IMG/VR virus record: IMGVR_UViG_3300020046_001945
Length of the DNA: 64,000 nt
Reading direction: 5' to 3' (one strand)
From: an uncultured virus (IMG/VR IMGVR_UViG_3300020046_001945)
Taxonomy: Duplodnaviria > Heunggongvirae > Uroviricota > Caudoviricetes
The notes beneath the pieces are model-generated. The model ran no database searches and was not told the origin of the DNA. It worked only from the letters and a program-made list of their open reading frames with translations. Shown here piece after piece: positions 9,355-17,316 of this stretch. The stretch's first letter is position 1, and each line of letters opens with the position of its first letter. The position numbers and the translations under genes were made by a program.

Positions 9355-9523
9355 AATGACTTTTAAAGATGACAGAATGTATATGAATATTTTCGGAGTT
9401 CATTGCACTGTCTATAATTATATCGAGCTTGATTCTAAAACAGTTGGGAATGTTTTATGGAGAACCAAAGAAAACTACAAATCATTTTGCCAAAGGATGA
9501 GGTTGGAATATGTCGGTATTTGA
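9344..9523 (+). CDS. MKI/RRMK family small protein (59 aa, not in ORF track)
   Basis: MKCRMTF...IFG...YKSFCQRMRL. Confidence 0.65.
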   Translation: MKCRMTFKDDRMYMNIFGVHCTVYNYIELDSKTVGNVLWRTKENYKSFCQRMRLEYVGI

Positions 9524-9785
9524 TTGGTTTAGAAAGAAGAAACAATGTGACCATGAGTATTACATTTCCCCCAATTCATACACAGGTAATAACGAATTAG
9601 TATATAACCATCTTCTAACTTGTATTCATTGTGGACATTCTGTAGATTCTCGAGAAACAGTCTCACATCCAATAGATACTAAAATTAATGATGCGGAGGC
9701 TGTCCACGAATATTACAAGATTCCAATCCTCACAAGAATCTACGGAAAATATAAAATCGTCAACAAACTAACAAAGCTGATGTAG
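9510..9785 (+). CDS. CxH/CxxC putative zinc-binding protein
   Basis: CDHEY...CIHCG; paralog of the next gene. Confidence 0.7.
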   Translation: MSVFDWFRKKKQCDHEYYISPNSYTGNNELVYNHLLTCIHCGHSVDSRETVSHPIDTKINDAEAVHEYYKIPILTRIYGKYKIVNKLTKLM

Positions 9786-9786
9786 C

Positions 9787-10056
9787 ATGTTCAATCTATT
9801 CAAAACAAAAACTTGTAATCATGAATATTTCGTAATGTATGAAAGCTGTGATCTTTCATGGAACAACCTATTCATTTCTGGCAAATTTCATCTTTCCTGT
9901 ATTCATTGTGGTAAAGGAATTAGTCACAATGAACAAGTAAGATATCACGGCAATTGTTCTTACATGAATAATTTAATAAAAGAACAATACTCAAAAACAA
10001 TTCTCACAAGACTATACGCAAAATATCCAATCGTCAACAAACTAACAAATCTATAG
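9787..10056 (+). CDS. CxH/CxxC putative zinc-binding protein
   Basis: CNHEY...CIHCG...ILTRLYAKYPIVNKLT. Confidence 0.7.
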   Translation: MFNLFKTKTCNHEYFVMYESCDLSWNNLFISGKFHLSCIHCGKGISHNEQVRYHGNCSYMNNLIKEQYSKTILTRLYAKYPIVNKLTNL

Positions 10057-10113
10057 TTTTTAACAATCTTTTTTCTACATCGTGTGGAGGACAGGTTATA
10101 CCTATTTTTCTTA

Positions 10114-10164
10114 TGTTGATAGATTGTGAATAGATTTATTTTTGTGGATAAATTGTGGATAGAT
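10114..10164. repeat. four 11-bp direct repeats containing DnaA-box-like 9-mers (candidate origin)
   Basis: TGTTGATAGAT, TGTGAATAGAT, TGTGGATAAAT, TGTGGATAGAT; 10143-10151 is the exact reverse complement of TTATCCACA. Confidence 0.7.
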
Positions 10165-10242
10165 TTCATTCCAAAAATCTTCTGAAAGGCCGATTAAATG
10201 TGGATTTCTATATCTTTTAATATTGTCGCGGAAGGTGGATAA

Positions 10243-10491
10243 ATGATGAAAAAGTTTAATTTGTTAAATGTGTTTTGGAAAACGAAAAGAACAATAACAC
10301 GACAAAAAATCGTTCTTAAAATTGAAGCTACCATTACAGAACCCGTAGTTATTATTTTTGGTCCAGAACGAGCCGTTTCCAAATACGTTTGTATATATTA
10401 TGACGAAATCGTAAGAAACAAAGTTTTATACTGGACAACAATAAGAGAAAAATACGAAACAATTATCAGGAGAATGAAATATAATGGTTGA
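10243..10491 (+). CDS. MKI/RRMK family protein (FGP subtype)
   Basis: KIVLKI...IFGPE...YETIIRRMKY. Confidence 0.7.
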   Translation: MMKKFNLLNVFWKTKRTITRQKIVLKIEATITEPVVIIFGPERAVSKYVCIYYDEIVRNKVLYWTTIREKYETIIRRMKYNG

Positions 10492-10768
10492 ACAACTTTT
10501 AAATTGGTTTGGTGTTTGTGACCACAGTTATATAGTTGAAAGCCAATTTACATCATTCAAAAAAGATGTTATCTTCAGTGTAAATTCAACAAACATAAGA
10601 ATGAAGCATTTGTATTATAATTTTCATATGTGTTGTAATAAATGTGGTAATTTAAAAACACATCTTGTCACAATTAAAAATGTCGCGTATGACAGCGACC
10701 ACAATGAATTTTTAACCCAAGCAAAATCCAGCTTGTCGTTAAAATATAAAATTAGGAATAAGTTCTAA
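10484..10768 (+). CDS. CxH/CxxC putative zinc-binding protein
   Basis: CDHSY...CNKCG...KYKIRNK; third paralog. Confidence 0.65.
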   Translation: MVEQLLNWFGVCDHSYIVESQFTSFKKDVIFSVNSTNIRMKHLYYNFHMCCNKCGNLKTHLVTIKNVAYDSDHNEFLTQAKSSLSLKYKIRNKF

Positions 10769-10769
10769 A

Positions 10770-10958
10770 ATGAAAGTAGAAATAAAAATATTTGTAGATA
10801 CCTCTGAACGGTATTATTATATTATGTTTTATAATACTCTTGGATTTTTCTATTACACCGAATCAGGAAAAAGAAATTATATGGATTATGGCGGCATTAA
10901 AGATATAAATCAAACACAAATTAGACGATTAGGAAAATGGTGGGAGACAATGAGATGA
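10770..10958 (+). CDS. MKI/RRMK family small protein
   Basis: MKVEIKIFV...IRRLGKW. Confidence 0.7.
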   Translation: MKVEIKIFVDTSERYYYIMFYNTLGFFYYTESGKRNYMDYGGIKDINQTQIRRLGKWWETMR

Positions 10959-11230
10959 AAGTTGTCGCGAAATTATATTATTTTAGTTCAACATCCAGTA
11001 TCAAAAATACGTTTGTTGATTTTGAAGCAGATATAAATTTTGGTGTGGTTCATAGAGAAAAATTTAGCAATGTGGGTTTATATCCAGCACAATTTTATCG
11101 TCTTAAAGAACAATTGTCTGATAAACAATTACATCAAATACTTCTTGATTTAAATAGGAAATTGTTGACACGAACAAACCAAAATAATATTCTGAATTAC
11201 TTAGAAGAAAAATGTTTACAAACAAAATAA
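10955..11230 (+). CDS. hypothetical protein with MKI-like N-terminus
   Basis: MKVVAKLY...FYRLKE. Confidence 0.6.
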   Translation: MKVVAKLYYFSSTSSIKNTFVDFEADINFGVVHREKFSNVGLYPAQFYRLKEQLSDKQLHQILLDLNRKLLTRTNQNNILNYLEEKCLQTK

Positions 11231-11433
11231 CAATACACATTTTCGTTGAATCGGATTACTACAATATTGAATTTGATGTATGGGGTAATTTCTATTACTC
11301 AGCGCAGTTAGGTTTAGAATATTTGGATATGGGTGGAAGTGGTGTTCTTGAAGATAAATACAAAAATTTAATAAGACGAATGAACAAATACTTCATCAAA
11401 AAGAAAAATCACTACGATGAGGATGTTATATGA
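11212..11433 (+). CDS. MKI/RRMK family small protein
   Basis: KITIHIFV...LIRRMNKY; paralog of 10770..10958. Confidence 0.7.
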   Translation: MFTNKITIHIFVESDYYNIEFDVWGNFYYSAQLGLEYLDMGGSGVLEDKYKNLIRRMNKYFIKKKNHYDEDVI

Positions 11434-11648
11434 AATTAACAGTTCGTTTGGTAGATTTTACAACCAATTCTAAACCATTTTCAGCCAACATCACTTTAGG
11501 AATAATTCGGTTCAAATCAAAAACGTTTACAATGTGCTATCCTAAAGATTTTTGTAATGAACCTATTCTTTTGTTAAAATCTACTAAACGATTCTCAACC
11601 AGATTGAAAATGAATTGGGTTGTTGATGAACTTGAAGGAATTATATGA
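11430..11648 (+). CDS. MKI/RRMK family small protein
   Basis: MKLTVRL...FSTRLKMNW. Confidence 0.7.
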   Translation: MKLTVRLVDFTTNSKPFSANITLGIIRFKSKTFTMCYPKDFCNEPILLLKSTKRFSTRLKMNWVVDELEGII

Positions 11649-11896
11649 AAATATCTATTTGGATGTATGAAGATAATAGTCGGAGGGACTTCAACACAAA
11701 CGACAATGTTTCGAATTTTAGAATCTTTCAGTCAAGAGACTTGTTTGGTGATATTTTTGGTTTGCTCATCTACCCTAAAAAATACGAAGCTATAAAAATG
11801 GAATATCGTTATCCGGCGTTGTTAAAACAGAACCGAAGAATATTTGAAAGATTAGGAAATTACAAAGCTATAAAACATTTGGAATTAAATTCATGA
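11645..11896 (+). CDS. MKI/RRMK family small protein
   Basis: MKISIWM...RRIFERLG. Confidence 0.65.
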   Translation: MKISIWMYEDNSRRDFNTNDNVSNFRIFQSRDLFGDIFGLLIYPKKYEAIKMEYRYPALLKQNRRIFERLGNYKAIKHLELNS

Positions 11897-12108
11897 AAAT
11901 CTATTTTACTACAATATTGGCAACGAGAGACTACAAGCGATTCGCGTTTAGATTTGGGCCAAGAGGAAAACCTTGGTATGAACATTTGTCAATCAATGCC
12001 CAGGAATTTGAAAGAAATACATTGGTTTATACAGACGTTAAATGCGAAAGTCTAAGAAAAGTCTATGCTAATTTCTGTAGACGAATGAAGATGGAAGGAA
12101 AAGGATGA
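11893..12108 (+). CDS. MKI/RRMK family protein (FGP subtype)
   Basis: MKIYF...RFGPR...YANFCRRMKM. Confidence 0.7.
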   Translation: MKIYFTTILATRDYKRFAFRFGPRGKPWYEHLSINAQEFERNTLVYTDVKCESLRKVYANFCRRMKMEGKG

Positions 12109-12461
12109 AAATAAAAATGTATGTGTATGGTGGTGATTATTTAATTCCGACAAGATGTAAACCGAGTTGTGGATCATTCAACAATTTTGTTTTTATAGAT
12201 TGTGATATTAAACAACAAATAGAAATATGTAAATCCCATTCTATAAGACGAAGATGGAATAAAATAGACATAGAAACTCCAAACAATTTTCAAGTTGCGG
12301 AAAAAGATTATTTTTCCATTAGCGATTTGTATTCTCCAGGAGTTTTAGAAACATTTTTAAACTATTATTCAACACAATCAAAATCAAAAATCAAATTAGT
12401 AAGCGATTGGCAATGGAAATATTGTTTCGTTTCAAATGTAGAGGTTGTTCATGCCATATAA
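12105..12461 (+). CDS. N-terminal MKI/RRMK module fused to an unknown domain
   Basis: MKIKMYV...IRRRWNK followed by about 60 aa. Confidence 0.65.
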   Translation: MKIKMYVYGGDYLIPTRCKPSCGSFNNFVFIDCDIKQQIEICKSHSIRRRWNKIDIETPNNFQVAEKDYFSISDLYSPGVLETFLNYYSTQSKSKIKLVSDWQWKYCFVSNVEVVHAI

Positions 12462-12936
12462 ACTAAAACACAAATCAACTGGATTGTATTGGAAAGGTGG
12501 AGGAACTGTTCCGTTCACCGATGTCGGTCTAAATTCATTTTGTTGGAGTAAGAATGGAAAGAGTTGGAATCTAAAGCAACATCTTTCGTCTGCTATTTCC
12601 AATACATTCCACAAAGAATATATCCGAACAAAAACCGCAAACTTTTATAACTTGGCTCCTTGTGAAGATACTTACAATCGTTTCTCAGAAGAATGTGAGA
12701 TTGAATATTTCCAAGACGCAATTTCAATTCCATTTGCTGAGTTCCGAAAAGATGTAAGAGAGCCAACTAAAAAAGTCTGTTTGAAACTTGAAAACAATTG
12801 GAATAATGTTTATATTCTTTTTGGAACGCATATCAATTTAGATAAGTTTCTATTCTATATGGTTAGCAAAACAGAGGGAGTTGAATATTATCCTAAAGCA
12901 AAATATGCGAATTATAGACGGAGAATGAAACTGTGA
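12451..12936 (+). CDS. hypothetical protein with C-terminal MKI/RRMK module
   Basis: YKLKHKSTGLYWKGG domain, then KVCLKL...YRRRMKL. Confidence 0.7.
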   Translation: MPYKLKHKSTGLYWKGGGTVPFTDVGLNSFCWSKNGKSWNLKQHLSSAISNTFHKEYIRTKTANFYNLAPCEDTYNRFSEECEIEYFQDAISIPFAEFRKDVREPTKKVCLKLENNWNNVYILFGTHINLDKFLFYMVSKTEGVEYYPKAKYANYRRRMKL

Positions 12937-13124
12937 AATTTAACATACGAATGACTCAATTTTATTCAGAAAACTATTGGTGTGAATTGTTGTCGTGGTC
13001 TATTAGTATTGGTGGAATCATTAGAAGTGATAAAGCCGGAATACCTAAGAAGTTAACTACAATAAATCTAAGAGACAAAACCAGAGTTGGTGGACGATAC
13101 ACAAACAAAAGGATTAAACTATGA
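12933..13124 (+). CDS. MKI/RRMK family small protein
   Basis: MKFNIRM...NKRIKL. Confidence 0.65.
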   Translation: MKFNIRMTQFYSENYWCELLSWSISIGGIIRSDKAGIPKKLTTINLRDKTRVGGRYTNKRIKL

Positions 13125-13489
13125 TGTGCGAGGATATGAAAAAATTCAAATCGGCAAAAATTACTAAACCAGTCAAAGAAATTATTGATTATCTTAAAAG
13201 TGTCAAAGCTGATAACAATAAGAAATGTGTTACATTATCTATTGATTTAAATGTTGAAACAGAAAATCAAGATTCTGGCATGACATACGAAACTCATTCA
13301 ACATATCTTTGTAGTATTAAGAAAAAAGATGATGCGAAATATATTGAGAAATTATACAAAAAACTAAATGAAGAAGAAAAACAAGCACTTATATATTCAG
13401 TATATTTGAAAAATGAAAATTCTGATTTAGAAAAGAGACGAGACTGGATTTATGTGCTCGGTGGTAATTTAGACATGGAGATTTTATGA
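13121..13489 (+). CDS. hypothetical protein
   Basis: 122 aa ORF, ATGA overlaps. Confidence 0.65.
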   Translation: MMCEDMKKFKSAKITKPVKEIIDYLKSVKADNNKKCVTLSIDLNVETENQDSGMTYETHSTYLCSIKKKDDAKYIEKLYKKLNEEEKQALIYSVYLKNENSDLEKRRDWIYVLGGNLDMEIL

Positions 13490-13695
13490 AATGTGGAATA
13501 AGAGTTTCTGAAATAAAACTAACAAAAACATATCAGATATGGTTTGGACCAGATCAATATAATGAGGATTGGGAATTGTCTTGTATGATTCTTGAATATG
13601 AATTTAGAACTGGAAAAATTAGAATTGCTAGAAATAGATTAGAACGAAAATACAGAAGAATATGCTCTCGTTTGAAAATGAACTGGGAATATTAA
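13486..13695 (+). CDS. MKI/RRMK family protein (FGP subtype)
   Basis: WFGPD...YRRICSRLKMNW. Confidence 0.7.
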   Translation: MKCGIRVSEIKLTKTYQIWFGPDQYNEDWELSCMILEYEFRTGKIRIARNRLERKYRRICSRLKMNWEY

Positions 13696-13696
13696 A

Positions 13697-13888
13697 ATGA
13701 AAATTAAAATGAAGATGGTGAAATCGGGGTTTTATTTTGGTCCTGATGGGGAAGTTGATGGTGATTGGGAAGACCAGTTGATTGTTAACTTTTGGGAAAT
13801 TAACAAGGGTGCTGTGAGAGCTTCTGACCAGTTATCTGCGAAATATATAAGATTGGCTAACCGAATGAAATTAGATTACTGGTTCTAA
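13697..13888 (+). CDS. MKI/RRMK family protein (FGP subtype)
   Basis: MKIKMKM...YFGPD...LANRMKL. Confidence 0.7.
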   Translation: MKIKMKMVKSGFYFGPDGEVDGDWEDQLIVNFWEINKGAVRASDQLSAKYIRLANRMKLDYWF

Positions 13889-13900
13889 GAAAGGTATTAT

Positions 13901-14116
13901 ATGAAACTCCAATGGGTTATTTGGGATGATTCTAAGCTTGGTGAAAATTTTACAATAAAATTTGGTAATATTGATGTTGCGTGGGGTGGTGTTTTAACTG
14001 TGACATCTGAAGAAATGGGAGGCGAACGTTTCAGATTTCCAGGCAAAACCGACACAAATCAAAATTTACTTAAATCTTATCAAACCTTTTGTAGAAGGAT
14101 GAAATTAAACCGATGA
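13901..14116 (+). CDS. MKI/RRMK family small protein
   Basis: MKLQWVI...YQTFCRRMKL. Confidence 0.7.
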   Translation: MKLQWVIWDDSKLGENFTIKFGNIDVAWGGVLTVTSEEMGGERFRFPGKTDTNQNLLKSYQTFCRRMKLNR

Positions 14117-14319
14117 AAATTAAAATAAGAGTTAGTAATGATTTTGGAGGAAGAATTTATTTTGGTCCAAATCCTGACGAATGGTCATACACAAAAACTG
14201 TCGTGATTACGTTTGAAGAATTTGAAGCTGGACATGTTAGAGGAATCAAATATCTCGAAAAGAAATATAAAAAAGTAACAGAAAGATTGAAGATGAAGTA
14301 TTACGATCCGGAAAATTAA
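14113..14319 (+). CDS. MKI/RRMK family protein (FGP subtype)
   Basis: MKIKIRV...YFGPN...VTERLKM. Confidence 0.7.
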   Translation: MKIKIRVSNDFGGRIYFGPNPDEWSYTKTVVITFEEFEAGHVRGIKYLEKKYKKVTERLKMKYYDPEN

Positions 14320-14346
14320 AAAGCCCCAATTTTACTTGAGGCTTTT
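14319..14346. terminator. intrinsic terminator between convergent genes
   Basis: AAAAGCCCCAA...TTGAGGCTTTT hairpin with A/T tracts on both sides; the stem pairs fully (one G-U) on the - strand. Confidence 0.75.
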
Positions 14347-14350
14347 GTTT

Positions 14351-14821
14351 TTATTCTTGTTCTTTCTTTAGTTTCAATCTTCCATGTTTCTCATATTCTT
14401 TAGCAGCTTCGGGGTCTTTAGAAATTCTAATAAGTTCTTTTCTTGGTAGACTCATTTTTACTTGATTTCTATCGTCCTTATCATTCTTACCCAATTCCAA
14501 TGTCTTAACAGTATCAAGATTTATATTCAAAGCCGCTAAGAATGGATTCCGCATGTCTCTGAAAGTTTTTGCTGGGTTAGATGATTGTGGTTTCCAAAAA
14601 GAAATAACTGTTTCCTGATGCTTTGGTGTAGTTCCACGAATCAACTCATCAAGATTTAGAAACATCGCCATCTGAATTTCATCAAATGTGTAGTTAGACA
14701 AATCAATTCCGGCAGCTTTCAATTCTTCCATGGTCTTCTTGACATCATCCAGTTTAACATTTTCTGTCTGACGAGCCATTTCAGTAATCATGGTATTTTC
14801 AATCAAAGTTCTAAAATCCAT
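14351..14821 (-). CDS. late protein, candidate internal head protein
   Basis: start moved to MDFRTLIENTMITE; the function is an inference. Confidence 0.55.
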   Translation of the reverse strand: MDFRTLIENTMITEMARQTENVKLDDVKKTMEELKAAGIDLSNYTFDEIQMAMFLNLDELIRGTTPKHQETVISFWKPQSSNPAKTFRDMRNPFLAALNINLDTVKTLELGKNDKDDRNQVKMSLPRKELIRISKDPEAAKEYEKHGRLKLKKEQE

Positions 14822-15117
14822 TATGGTTTCCTCCACAATTCTTCCGGAACATTATAGCTCTTTGGACCGCGCATATTATCCCAAATAGAATCAACTGTTT
14901 TTCCCAAAGAACGAGCAGCCTTATCATAATTAAATCCAGCTGCTTGGATGTGAGCCAAATAAGCAAGAACCTTTACACTATCTTCACTCAGCTTTCTATC
15001 AAACTTCATTTTAGATAGTTTATCAGCCAAATCATTTACTTTGTCTACAGAAAAATTGACGGCTTCATTTAGTTCTTTTCCAGCCATCTCCTTTTCAACA
15101 AATTCCTTAAAATCCAT
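14821..15117 (-). CDS. late protein, candidate internal head protein
   Basis: MDFKEFVE...LNE; TAAATA and GAGG upstream. Confidence 0.55.
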   Translation of the reverse strand: MDFKEFVEKEMAGKELNEAVNFSVDKVNDLADKLSKMKFDRKLSEDSVKVLAYLAHIQAAGFNYDKAARSLGKTVDSIWDNMRGPKSYNVPEELWRKP

Positions 15118-15134
15118 GATTACCTCTTTTCAAT

Positions 15135-15140
15135 TATTTA
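15135..15140 (-). promoter_or_regulatory. late promoter core TAAATA
   Basis: resembles T4 late TATAAATA; recurs before many structural genes. Confidence 0.6.
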
Positions 15141-15527
15141 TCTTACAACTATTGTGCTATCAGGATTCTTTCTTACAAGTTCTGTTATTTTAGCAACAAC
15201 ATCGCCACATTTGTAAATAGTTCCTACTTTCAAATCTCTCATCTCTCCTATCAAAATACAACCGTGAGTGTCTTTGTCGGTATTTCCACCATGAATCAAA
15301 ACTCCATCAAATTTCGGAACATCCTTCACAGCAACCAATTCTTTTTTAAATCTATTTGAATAACGAACAAAAACAGAATATGTTCCTGTTGGGATTGCTG
15401 TTTCTCCCCACACCTTAACTTCTCTAACCTTATCCTCAAGTGTAAATGCGTAGAATACACCATCTACAAACATCTTTCCCATTGTAACATGTTCTAAATA
15501 TTTCTCTCTAACTACTTCTATTAGCAT
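15138..15527 (-). CDS. DUF5675-family protein (L,D-transpeptidase-like HxxN..GC), candidate endolysin
   Basis: FTLED...GETAIPTGTY...GVLIHGGNTDKDTHGCILIG. Confidence 0.75.
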   Translation of the reverse strand: MLIEVVREKYLEHVTMGKMFVDGVFYAFTLEDKVREVKVWGETAIPTGTYSVFVRYSNRFKKELVAVKDVPKFDGVLIHGGNTDKDTHGCILIGEMRDLKVGTIYKCGDVVAKITELVRKNPDSTIVVR

Positions 15528-15545
15528 TGTCTACCTCTTTGGAGA

Positions 15546-15551
15546 TATTTA
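15546..15551 (-). promoter_or_regulatory. late promoter core TAAATA
   Basis: 18 nt upstream of ATG 15527, with GAGG RBS. Confidence 0.55.
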
Positions 15552-15552
15552 T

Positions 15553-15720
15553 TTGAAAATCAATCTGAAAGTTGAATATGAACACCATGATTATTTTGTA
15601 GCCCGATTTGGTGAATATATTCTGTGTCAATGGTTCCGAAGAGAATGCGGAGTCTTCTTTTTATCATCCCATCGTTACGAAATATTTGTTAGCTACAAGA
15701 TATTCCGGGAACATAAATAG
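15553..15720 (+). CDS. orphan MKI-like small protein (55 aa, not in ORF track)
   Basis: GGAG RBS, TTG-KINLKVEY...RFG; no clear RRMK end. Confidence 0.45.
   Translation: MKINLKVEYEHHDYFVARFGEYILCQWFRRECGVFFLSSHRYEIFVSYKIFREHK
15714..15719 (+). promoter_or_regulatory. late promoter core TAAATA
   Basis: upstream of ATG 15742, with GAGG RBS. Confidence 0.55.
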
Positions 15721-15741
15721 TTCTAAAGCGAGGAACTAATA

Positions 15742-16581
15742 ATGGGTTTTAAGGAATGGTTGAATGAAGATGTTGATGTTGCTTCCGCTCTAAAAGATAA
15801 AGCTGAGAAGGGACTATCAATCAAGACTAAGTTTGGAACATTTAAGTTTGACAAGATGGATAAGAAGAAGTATGTATTTCTTCTTGACGGAAAAGATAAA
15901 GATATTAAGGTTGAAGTAGTTGCTAAACCTAATGACCGTTACCTTGACCTAACTGTAACTGTTCTTAAAGGTGAAGAGATTGTTGGTAAGAAGAAGTCTG
16001 AAAAAGATGATTCGGATGTTCATTACGAAAAGACTGACATCACTCGCAAAGCAACAAAAGATATTAAGAAAGCAATTGAAAGTGTTCTTGGTTCATTGAA
16101 TGAAGATGAGATTCTTCAATTAGATGAAGACATGGGTTTGACTGCTCTTGCTGGGGCGATGGCTCCTCTTGTAGTAATGGCAATTCCCGCTCTTTACAAG
16201 TCTGCTGTTGAGAATGGATGGTTTGGACTTGGTTCAGAAAAAGATAGCAAGATTACTAAGCCTGAAGATATTGCTGACAGAATGAAAAAGTTCTCTCTGA
16301 AGAAGACTCAAGAACTATTGAAAGACGAATCTCAAGTTGATGAAATTGTTGATGAAATTATCGACGCAATCAAAAAGAATTCCCCTAGATTCATTGTAAA
16401 TCCAAGAACCAAGGGTGAACTTTACAACAAGGTTCTTTACTATCTTCGTAGAAATGCAGAAGCTAAGGCAAGCGAACCAGCAGCTAAAGCTATGGGTTCT
16501 GTAAGAGATGCAGCTAAAGAAGCTTTGGCTAAGTCATCTGGCTACAAGAAAGGTGGAGTTTGGTTCGGAAATCAAACCTAA
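15742..16581 (+). CDS. late protein, candidate internal head protein
   Basis: MGFKEWLNE N-terminus, internal LNE/LDE sites, Lys/Asp/Glu-rich. Confidence 0.6.
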   Translation: MGFKEWLNEDVDVASALKDKAEKGLSIKTKFGTFKFDKMDKKKYVFLLDGKDKDIKVEVVAKPNDRYLDLTVTVLKGEEIVGKKKSEKDDSDVHYEKTDITRKATKDIKKAIESVLGSLNEDEILQLDEDMGLTALAGAMAPLVVMAIPALYKSAVENGWFGLGSEKDSKITKPEDIADRMKKFSLKKTQELLKDESQVDEIVDEIIDAIKKNSPRFIVNPRTKGELYNKVLYYLRRNAEAKASEPAAKAMGSVRDAAKEALAKSSGYKKGGVWFGNQT

Positions 16582-16599
16582 AATAGGCAAAAATAGCTA

Positions 16600-16628
16600 T
16601 TGACAATCGAGCCCCGTGGAAGTATATT
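16600..16628 (+). promoter_or_regulatory. sigma70-type early promoter
   Basis: TTGACA-N17-TATATT. Confidence 0.8.
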
Positions 16629-16649
16629 AACTCTACGGGGCTTTTCTTT
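16610..16649 (+). terminator. intrinsic terminator overlapping the promoter
   Basis: AGCCCCGTGGA...TCTACGGGGCT followed by TTTCTTT; the -10 box lies in the loop. Confidence 0.7.
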
Positions 16650-16659
16650 GGAGGTTCAT

Positions 16660-16860
16660 ATGTTTGTAAAGCTCATCGCCGCTTTCACTGTCTCCATTCT
16701 CTTGATTGCTTTTGGAGTTAAGTCCATTTTCGCAATCCTCGTAGCCCAGGCCGCTATCACACTTCTCATTTCCATTCTTGAGCAAAATTCAATTGACAAT
16801 CAGCTTGACAAAAACTGCTCCAAATTTAAGAAAGATTTGAGAAAGTATTATACACACTGA
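16660..16860 (+). CDS. small membrane protein
   Basis: start moved to ATG 16660 after GGAGG; hydrophobic N-terminal 40 aa. Confidence 0.65.
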   Translation: MFVKLIAAFTVSILLIAFGVKSIFAILVAQAAITLLISILEQNSIDNQLDKNCSKFKKDLRKYYTH

Positions 16861-16902
16861 GTTTTTCCTATGTTAAAATAATGGTATACAGGAAGGTATA
16901 CT

Positions 16903-17316
16903 ATGAAACTTGACGTAGAATATTCAGGAACAATTGTAAAGCACTCTTCAGCCACACGAACCATTGTTGAGTCAGACCCGAAGGAAGTAGTTCGTGTTTC
17001 ACAAATCAAGGTTAAATTAGAATATCAATCAGGAATGCTTGATGACATTCTTATTGCCGATGACAGAATGATTGCGGACGCGAATACTTATAAGACTTGC
17101 TCTTGGGACCAGCGTGTAGGAAGTTATGAATTAGAAATCAATGAAACTATTCTTTGTGTTGTCATTAACAAGATTGACAGAAAGAATAAGGATGAAATGA
17201 CACAAGAACTGAATATCACATTTGAAACAGCAGATGTTGAGAAGGCTGGGTTTGTTGGTCATTATCTCCGGGATAAGGAAAATCCAACTAAACTCACTCT
17301 TCGAAATCTGGAATGA
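16903..17316 (+). CDS. hypothetical protein
   Basis: 137 aa ORF with RBS. Confidence 0.7.
   Translation: MKLDVEYSGTIVKHSSATRTIVESDPKEVVRVSQIKVKLEYQSGMLDDILIADDRMIADANTYKTCSWDQRVGSYELEINETILCVVINKIDRKNKDEMTQELNITFETADVEKAGFVGHYLRDKENPTKLTLRNLE

Noticed and set aside
10057..10242. CRISPR array
   Set aside because: The repeats are 11 bp and adjacent, with no spacers of CRISPR length.
16805..16835. TTGACA as an additional promoter
   Set aside because: There is no matching -10 box at 17-bp spacing.
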